Part shown: positions 6,883 through 12,271 of the stretch, piece after piece
Layout of the letters: each line of letters starts with the position of its first letter
Numbering within the stretch: the stretch's first letter is position 1
From: Verrucomicrobiota bacterium
GTDB lineage: Bacteria; Verrucomicrobiota; Verrucomicrobiia; Opitutales; Seribacteraceae
DNA: 12,271 bases
Assembly (NCBI GenBank): GCA_027622665.1
Contig: JAQBYT010000058.1
Span: forward strand, 1 to 12,271
Direction of reading: 5' to 3'
Notes under the pieces: model-generated
What the model was told of the DNA's origin: nothing
The model's input: only the letters and a program-made list of their open reading frames with translations
Database searches by the model: none
Program-made: the position numbers and the translations under genes

Positions 6883-9768
6883 CTAACTCCGGGAGTCAAT
6901 CCTTTCCAGATATTCTTTCAGGCAAGTCCCTGTCGAGGTATCCGAATCAACCAGCGTCGAAGGCACTCCCGCAAAGATTAAATTACCTCCATCGCCACCT
7001 CCTCCGGGTCCCATTTCCAAAACATGATCAGCCAAGCGAATGACATCCAGCTGATGCTCGACAACGACAATTGTGTTCCCCGCGTCCCGAAGCTTGAAAA
7101 GCAAATCCATAAGCCTCTGAACATCGACCCAATGAAGCCCCGTGGTCGGTTCGTCGAGAAGGTAAAGAACGCCACCTTCCTGGCGACGACTGAGCTCCAA
7201 GGACAACTTCAGCCTCTGCGCCTCCCCTCCGGAAAGCGTGTTTGCTGATTGACCGAGACATAAATAACCTAAGCCGACCGCATCGAGCGTCTCTAATTTC
7301 GATGCGATAGTCGGCTGCTTCGTAAAAAGATCTTTTGCCTCCGAAACCGTCATATCCAAAACCTCGGCGACGTTGTAACCCCGAAAGCGGACTTCCAAGG
7401 TTTCTCGGTTGTAACGCTTCCCGTGACAGCTTTCGCACTCCACGAACACATCGGCCAAAAATTGCATATCCAACTTGACCGAACCATCGCCCTTGCAACG
7501 CTCGCAACGACCGCCCGCGACGTTGAAACTGAAGCGCCCAGGTCCGTATCCGCGAATTCGGCTGAGCGGGCATTGTGCAAACAGTTTTCGGAGCCCATCG
7601 AAAAGCTTCACGTAGGTAGCGGGATTGGAACGAGGACTGCGGCCGATTGGAGACTGGTCAACACGCACCACTTTCTGAAATTGCTCCAAGCCTTCCAATC
7701 CGGTGTGGGCTCCGGGGATTTGCTTGGCTCGATGGAGCCGAAAGGCGGCCGCCTTCGCCAAAACCTCGTTGACCAATGTGCTCTTGCCCGATCCCGACAC
7801 CCCGCAGACAACAGTGAGCAAACCGACGGGAAAAACCGCATCGACCTCGCGAAGATTGTTAGCGGTCGCTCCTCGAATAATCAATTGCCCCCTGCCGGGT
7901 TCCTTTGACTTGGCATCCTTTTCCACACGGTCGGCACCGGTCAAGAAAGGACCGGTACGACTTTCATCAGAAGACAGGCATTGTTGCACCGAACCGGCGA
8001 ATACAATATGACCGCCCTCAGCCCCGGCCCCGGGGCCAACCTCGACCAGATGATCCGCCGACAGCAAAGTATCGGCATCATGCTCCACCACGACAACGGT
8101 GTTGCCCCGATCCCGCAAACCGAGCAGGACGTTGAGCAAACGACGGTGATCCGCCGGATGCAAGCCGACGCTGGGTTCATCGAGAGCGTAGGTAACGCCG
8201 ACCAACCCCATGCCCAACTGCGTCGCCAGGCGAGCCCGTTGGGCCTCGCCTCCGCTCAAAGTGCCGTAAGGACGATTCAAGTTTAGGTAACCCAAACCCA
8301 CCTCGCAGAGAAAACGTAAACGCTGCTCCAAACCCGCCACGGCGTCCGCGACCAGAGCGTACTCGTCTGAGCCGAGAACGTCGTCCCTGACGAACGCCCA
8401 CGCGTCACCGGCAGAAAGTTCGAGCAAGGAAGAAAAAGTTCGTCCGCCGAGGAGAACATTTCGAGAATACGCAGAAAGCCGACGACCCTCGCATTTCTGA
8501 CAAACGGACCCGACTTGATAGGCCAACAAACGGGAACGCAACCCATCGCTGGAAGTGGTCAACATGGTGTGCTCCAAATCGGCGAATGCCCCTTCAAATC
8601 GGACCTCTTCCGGCTTGGCTCGACCTCGCTTCAATTTGAAGCTATATTTGCGTTTATTATCTCCCTGGAGCACAATTTTCTGTATTTCTTGAGGCAAATC
8701 GCCCCATCTTGTTTTAAGATCAAAAGGAACCTGTTCGGCTAACTGCCTGAGAATGGCGTTGCGTTGGATAATCATGCGTCTGGAACCGAGTCGCCATGGC
8801 TTGATCGCACCCTTGCCCACGGCAATGGATGGATCGGGAATAACGAGATCTTCGCGGAAGCGAAGCACTTCGCCAAGGCCACCGCAAGTTGAGCAAGCCC
8901 CATCGGGATTGTTCCAGGAAAACAGTCTCGGCGTGGGAGCAGGATAGGTTTCGCCGCACACTTCACAAGAATAGGCTTGAGAAACTGCAAATTCGCAAAA
9001 AGCCCCACCCTTGTCCTCGGAAACAAGAACCAGTGCCCGCTCATCACCTTCCCGGAAAGCGAGTTCAAGGGAATCGGCGAGGCGACTGCGGGCAGAATCG
9101 TCGAGAACGAGTCGATCGACTACCACGTCGACTAAAAGCTCTCGTCCACGGGTACCGGATGGAATCAGGTCGCGATCGTCGAGCCGTTTAACCTCGCCAT
9201 CGATCCGAACTCGTTGAAACCCTCGACGCTCCAGATTCGGCAACTCCTCGCGAAGGACCGACGCCTTGGCGGACATCCAGGGAGCCAGAAGCATGATACG
9301 ACTACCGGACGGCTCCTCCAAGATACGGTTGACGCAATCATCAAGTGAACGGCGAGTTACGAGTCCGCCATCCTGTGGGCAATGAGGAAGCCCCACGGTA
9401 GCCCAAAGCAGGCGAGCGTAATCGGCCACCTCGGTGGCGGTGGCGACCGTGCTACGAGGACCCCCCCCACCCGCTGAGACTTGCTCGATGGAAATAACCG
9501 GACTGAGCCCCTCGACGTAATCGACGTCGGGTCGACGAACCTTCTCCAGAGCTTGACGGGCCTTTGGAGACAAGCTTTCGACGTATTTCCGATGACCCTC
9601 TGCGGCAAGCACGTCGAAAACGAGAGAGGATTTCCCCGAACCACTGACTCCGGTAACGCCAATTAATTTTCCGCGCGGCAAGGAAACTGTCGCGTCCCGA
9701 AGATTGTTCTCGCGAGCTCCCTTGATTACAATGGAGACACTAGGATCGCCTAAAGAAGTTTTGTTCAC
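6883..9768 (-). CDS. uvrA: Excinuclease ABC subunit UvrA (possibly a divergent paralogue)
   Basis: 961 aa from a GTG start. GARENNL is followed by two Walker A motifs ([18 protein letters not shown]), two ABC signatures (LSGGEAQR), two Walker B regions ([18 protein letters not shown]), VVVEH switch motifs, Zn motifs (CEVC, CSTC, CQKC, CERC, CESC) and [17 protein letters not shown]. Confidence 0.96.
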   Translation of the reverse strand: MNKTSLGDPSVSIVIKGARENNLRDATVSLPRGKLIGVTGVSGSGKSSLVFDVLAAEGHRKYVESLSPKARQALEKVRRPDVDYVEGLSPVISIEQVSAGGGGPRSTVATATEVADYARLLWATVGLPHCPQDGGLVTRRSLDDCVNRILEEPSGSRIMLLAPWMSAKASVLREELPNLERRGFQRVRIDGEVKRLDDRDLIPSGTRGRELLVDVVVDRLVLDDSARSRLADSLELAFREGDERALVLVSEDKGGAFCEFAVSQAYSCEVCGETYPAPTPRLFSWNNPDGACSTCGGLGEVLRFREDLVIPDPSIAVGKGAIKPWRLGSRRMIIQRNAILRQLAEQVPFDLKTRWGDLPQEIQKIVLQGDNKRKYSFKLKRGRAKPEEVRFEGAFADLEHTMLTTSSDGLRSRLLAYQVGSVCQKCEGRRLSAYSRNVLLGGRTFSSLLELSAGDAWAFVRDDVLGSDEYALVADAVAGLEQRLRFLCEVGLGYLNLNRPYGTLSGGEAQRARLATQLGMGLVGVTYALDEPSVGLHPADHRRLLNVLLGLRDRGNTVVVVEHDADTLLSADHLVEVGPGAGAEGGHIVFAGSVQQCLSSDESRTGPFLTGADRVEKDAKSKEPGRGQLIIRGATANNLREVDAVFPVGLLTVVCGVSGSGKSTLVNEVLAKAAAFRLHRAKQIPGAHTGLEGLEQFQKVVRVDQSPIGRSPRSNPATYVKLFDGLRKLFAQCPLSRIRGYGPGRFSFNVAGGRCERCKGDGSVKLDMQFLADVFVECESCHGKRYNRETLEVRFRGYNVAEVLDMTVSEAKDLFTKQPTIASKLETLDAVGLGYLCLGQSANTLSGGEAQRLKLSLELSRRQEGGVLYLLDEPTTGLHWVDVQRLMDLLFKLRDAGNTIVVVEHQLDVIRLADHVLEMGPGGGGDGGNLIFAGVPSTLVDSDTSTGTCLKEYLERIDSRS

Positions 9769-9866
9769 AGGTCGGAAAAAAGCAGATGCTGTGTTTTTTT
9801 TGACGTCATCGGAAGTAAAAACGAACCCTTGTTACATTTAATAGGTAGCAAAATGATAGTTAAAAG
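9769..9866. promoter_or_regulatory. Short AT-rich divergent promoter region between uvrA and the ECF sigma gene
   Basis: 98-bp non-coding gap between head-to-head genes. It contains A/T tracts and the 8-bp palindrome TGACGTCA (9801-9808). No specific operator could be assigned. Confidence 0.4.
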
Positions 9867-10433
9867 ATGCAGAATGACAAAATGGAAGCAAAGGCCGAGC
9901 GGCAAGAATTTGCCAAACGACAAGAATTCGAGTGCCTTGTACGGGAAAACCAAAGCGGTCTACTTGCGTTTTTGCTCAGCCTTACGGGAAATCTTCCGGA
10001 CAGCGAAGATCTGGTCCAAGAATGCACCACTCTCCTATGGAGTAAGTTCGATGAATTCGAGTCCGGTAGCAATTTTGGCGCTTGGGCGAGGACCACGGCT
10101 TTTTTTCTCTTCCGAAACCAATGCAGGAAGGCATCTAACAAAACCATGACCTTCGAAGCCAACGTTTTGGAAAAACTGGCGATGGCCCACAACCGCATCG
10201 AAACGGAGGGTTCTACGAGGCAACACTTCCTATCGGAGTGCCTAGCCGAACTGGGTGAAAAGGACCGAGAGTTGATCTTGTCGCGTTACGAGACCGGGGT
10301 GACGGTCGGTGAATTGGCAACTCAAGCGAGTTGCAATGTGAAATCTCTTTATAATGCCTTGGCTCGCATACGCCAGGGCCTTGCGAGATGCGTCCGAGGA
10401 AAGATCACCGGAGAAAACGGAGGCTCGGCATGA
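9867..10433 (+). CDS. ECF-type sigma-70 factor (resembles the Rhodopirellula/Verrucomicrobium family)
   Basis: 188 aa. Region 2 reads LLAFLLSLTGNLPDSEDLVQECTTLLWSKFDEFESGSNFGAWARTTAF. The region 4 HTH reads LSECLAELGEKDRELILSRYETGVTVGELA...VKSLYNALARIRQGLARCV. An alternative start is ATG 9882. Confidence 0.93.
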   Translation: MQNDKMEAKAERQEFAKRQEFECLVRENQSGLLAFLLSLTGNLPDSEDLVQECTTLLWSKFDEFESGSNFGAWARTTAFFLFRNQCRKASNKTMTFEANVLEKLAMAHNRIETEGSTRQHFLSECLAELGEKDRELILSRYETGVTVGELATQASCNVKSLYNALARIRQGLARCVRGKITGENGGSA

Positions 10434-11812
10434 ACGATTCAATGAAGCAATCTTTTAGTCAGCGAAAAATACGCGACTTAATCGAGGCTCGATTCGAGAA
10501 TAATTTGGACGATACGGGCTTGGGGGAATTAGGAGAACACATTCTGAACGATCCGGCAGCCCTCAACGAATACGTCGAACAGGCCACCCTGTGGGCCGAC
10601 TTACGAGTGTTGGCAAAAAAGAAAGAAAACCAAGCAGTTTTCGAAGTGAATGGACGAAAAAAGCCAGTCGTTTCCCTTCGCCATATAGTCGCCTTTTCCA
10701 CGGCAATGGCAGCAAGCATTGCCGCGTTTTTCTTTTTCCAGAAGGAATCCCCTGAAGAAAATTCCATTAACGGTGAAACCGCGACTCCAAGCTTTGCCAC
10801 TTTACTTACTACCTCGGAAGCTTCCTGGGATTCGGAAAACTTCACGATGGCTTCTCGTTTGCCTGACCGCGTCTTACGGCTAGCAAGAGGTATTGCGGCT
10901 ATTCGGATGGACGGGGGGGCAAGTATGGTACTGCAAGGACCTACGGAGTTTAAGATCATCAACGGAAGCACCCTGGATCTTCGTAAAGGCAAGGTCGTAG
11001 TCCGCCTTCCGGAAGGTGCCGACATAAAAGTTTTCGCCGCGGGGTTTACCTTGCGCGACTTGGGCACCGAGTTCGGGATTCTAGCCACCACCGGCAGACA
11101 TGCCGAAACGCAATTCGACGTCTTCGAGGGAGAAGTCGAAGTCTTTTCAACAGAAACTGGCCTCAACAAGCTTGCAATCAAAGCAGGTCAGGGCGGGCGA
11201 ACAATTGAAGGGGGAAATGTCGAACTTCTCGCTACGGACACGCAACCCTATGCCGAACTGTCGAATTTTGCTCCTGAAATCTGCGTTGTTTCAAGCAAGC
11301 TTGCCAAGGAAAAGACTGATCTAAAAAGATTTACGGGCAGCACCGAGGGAATCCTGCTGGATAAGGGAAAGAGCAGCAAGTTAGGTTTGTGGGTCAACGT
11401 ACAAACCGACATGGAAAAGAAGATCGGAAAGATTCTCGTCCCTAACGAACTCGTCGAGGCCGCTTCACATCTCTACACGCCAAACCGGGTGAAGGTGGAA
11501 TGGACGAAGGCCGAGGGATCCGATTATCCCACCGCCACCGCCGTGCATAACCTGCGACCTGCGGAGAACGAGGGAACGATCACGGGCAAGGTCGTGGCCA
11601 AATCCGACGACAAATGGATAGAGATCAAGCAGACCGATGGTCCGCTTCGCAGATATATCCCCAGCTGGACGGGGGGGCATCCAAATCAAGGCGGCGGTCT
11701 CAACTTCGTCGCCCAAAAGCTCATCAGGGAATCAAAACTTGGGAGCAAAGTTCAGGTTGAATGGATTTGGGACGAACGCGTACGCCTCATCAACCTATTG
11801 CCTATCAATTGA
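10430..11812 (+). CDS. FecR-domain membrane-anchored anti-sigma factor with an uncharacterised C-terminal extracytoplasmic domain (460 aa)
   Basis: The start is placed at ATG 10430 rather than 10388 because of an ATGA overlap with the sigma stop and GGAGG at 10419-10423. The N-terminal helical anti-sigma-like domain (IRDLIEARFENNLDD...DPAALNEYVEQATLWADL) is followed by a single TM helix (IVAFSTAMAASIAAFFFF). Next comes a FecR-like domain (LRLARGIAAIRMDGGASMVLQGP...LRKGKV...DLGTEFGI...VFEGEVEV) and then a ~160-aa extra domain. Confidence 0.88.
   Translation: MNDSMKQSFSQRKIRDLIEARFENNLDDTGLGELGEHILNDPAALNEYVEQATLWADLRVLAKKKENQAVFEVNGRKKPVVSLRHIVAFSTAMAASIAAFFFFQKESPEENSINGETATPSFATLLTTSEASWDSENFTMASRLPDRVLRLARGIAAIRMDGGASMVLQGPTEFKIINGSTLDLRKGKVVVRLPEGADIKVFAAGFTLRDLGTEFGILATTGRHAETQFDVFEGEVEVFSTETGLNKLAIKAGQGGRTIEGGNVELLATDTQPYAELSNFAPEICVVSSKLAKEKTDLKRFTGSTEGILLDKGKSSKLGLWVNVQTDMEKKIGKILVPNELVEAASHLYTPNRVKVEWTKAEGSDYPTATAVHNLRPAENEGTITGKVVAKSDDKWIEIKQTDGPLRRYIPSWTGGHPNQGGGLNFVAQKLIRESKLGSKVQVEWIWDERVRLINLLPIN
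11432..11597 (+). repeat. Copy 1 of a dispersed direct repeat (partner at 12106-12271), within the anti-sigma C-terminal domain
   Basis: Ungapped hand alignment at offset 674 gives 21 mismatches in 166 nt, including a 34-bp identical run (11526-11559 vs 12200-12233). Weaker similarity extends upstream to 11342 (TEGILLDKG). Confidence 0.95.
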
Positions 11813-11890
11813 AAATGAATCGGCGATCCCAGCAAAACTTAACGAAAGAACAAAATATAAAATTCCGTGCTTTAGTATGTCTCGAGCGTG

Positions 11891-11903
11891 AATAATCATT
11901 ATT
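11891..11903. promoter_or_regulatory. Perfect 6-1-6 inverted repeat AATAAT-C-ATTATT, resembling a Fur-family operator core
   Basis: The palindrome is seen directly, 37 nt upstream of the ATG at 11941. GAATAATCATTATTA matches 11/14 specified positions of the Fur 7-1-7 consensus TGATAATnATTATCA. The AT-rich context makes a chance match possible. Confidence 0.35.
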
Positions 11904-11940
11904 ATAAGAAATACCTTTTTAGTATAAAGGTTGCCCAACC

Positions 11941-12271
11941 ATGAAAAAAAATACTTTTATTCCACTACTAACCCTTTTTAGCCTCCTTTTTTTTACCTCA
12001 GCTCTCAAAGCCGAGAATGGAGTCACCGAGGGCATTCTGTTGGGCAAGGGAGCCAACAACGAATCGCTTGAAGTGCGCTCAGACGGGCACGCCACTGCCG
12101 AAGAAATTTTGGTTCCGAACGAACTCGTCAATGACGTTTTACACCTCTACGTGCCAAACCGGGTGAAGGTGCAATGGTCGAAGGCCGAGGGTGCCGATCA
12201 TCCCACCGCCACCGCCGTGCATAACCTGCGACCGGAGGCGAACGAGGGAACGATCTCGGGCAAGGTCGTGG
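11941..12271 (+). CDS. Secreted/periplasmic protein of unknown function (3'-truncated), homologous to the anti-sigma C-terminal domain
   Basis: Open frame from ATG 11941 to the window end: MKKNTFIPLLTLFSLLFFTSALKA|ENGVTEGILLGKGANNESLEVRSDGHATAEEILVPNELVNDVLHLYVPNRVKVQWSKAEGADHPTATAVHNLRPEANEGTISGKVV. It has a classic Sec signal peptide and AAGG at 11927-11930. It is absent from the ORF track because there is no stop in the window. Confidence 0.9.
   Translation, partial: MKKNTFIPLLTLFSLLFFTSALKAENGVTEGILLGKGANNESLEVRSDGHATAEEILVPNELVNDVLHLYVPNRVKVQWSKAEGADHPTATAVHNLRPEANEGTISGKVV
12106..12271 (+). repeat. Copy 2 of the dispersed direct repeat (partner at 11432-11597); probably continues past the window edge
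   Basis: Same alignment as copy 1. Identity is maintained to the last base of the window. Confidence 0.95.

Noticed and set aside
5967..9666. Alternative-frame and antisense ORFs inside the AI-2E gene and uvrA
   Set aside because: They are fully nested in well-supported GC-rich genes where stop-poor alternative frames are expected, and have no recognisable motifs.
9762..9866. LexA/SOS box upstream of uvrA
   Set aside because: There is no match to TGTTC-N4-GAACA (reported for Verrucomicrobia), CTGT-N8-ACAG or GAAC-N4-GTTC. Only a TGTTC half-site overlaps the start codon, and the TGACGTCA palindrome is too short to interpret.
9899..9931. Short duplication encoding RQEF-AK-RQEF at the sigma N-terminus (caagaatt twice, 18 nt apart)
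   Set aside because: Two short imperfect copies in a variable N-terminal extension, with no functional inference supportable.
10388..10429. ORF-track start for the anti-sigma gene at 10388
   Set aside because: It would overlap the sigma gene by 46 nt. ATG 10430 has a GGAGG RBS and a canonical ATGA coupling overlap.
10459..11181. 240-aa minus-strand ORF
   Set aside because: It is antisense to the FecR-type gene and its translation is Ser/Pro/Arg-rich and featureless.
11432..12271. Diversity-generating retroelement TR/VR pair as the explanation for the direct repeat
   Set aside because: Mismatches are not adenine-specific in either copy (G/C, T/G, T/C and C/T changes are present), both copies are in-frame parts of genes, and no reverse transcriptase is visible.

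Overview
Bacterial chromosomal DNA, most consistent with Verrucomicrobiota (Opitutales-like) or another PVC-group organism; this is inferred from the style of the ECF sigma/FecR pair. From left to right: (1) a minus-strand two-partner (type Vb) secretion pair. tpsB (5145->3529) is followed by a large filamentous-haemagglutinin/HMW1-type tpsA (3480-><1) that the ORF track missed because it runs off the window. TpsA has an NPNG TPS motif, an LLDP putative maturation site and ~70-aa beta-helical repeats. (2) A Dabb-family small protein converging on an AI-2E-family transporter, with a somewhat divergent uvrA upstream of the transporter. (3) A plus-strand ECF sigma factor, a translationally coupled FecR-type anti-sigma factor, and the start of a signal-peptide-bearing protein (11941->end, also missing from the ORF track). 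The most striking observation is that the C-terminal extracytoplasmic domain of the anti-sigma factor is a near copy (145/166 nt, 43/55 aa by hand alignment) of the mature N-terminus of the secreted protein encoded immediately downstream. This suggests a signalling module whose sensor domain is shared with, or copied from, its putative target gene. No RNA genes, CRISPR arrays or mobile elements were recognised.
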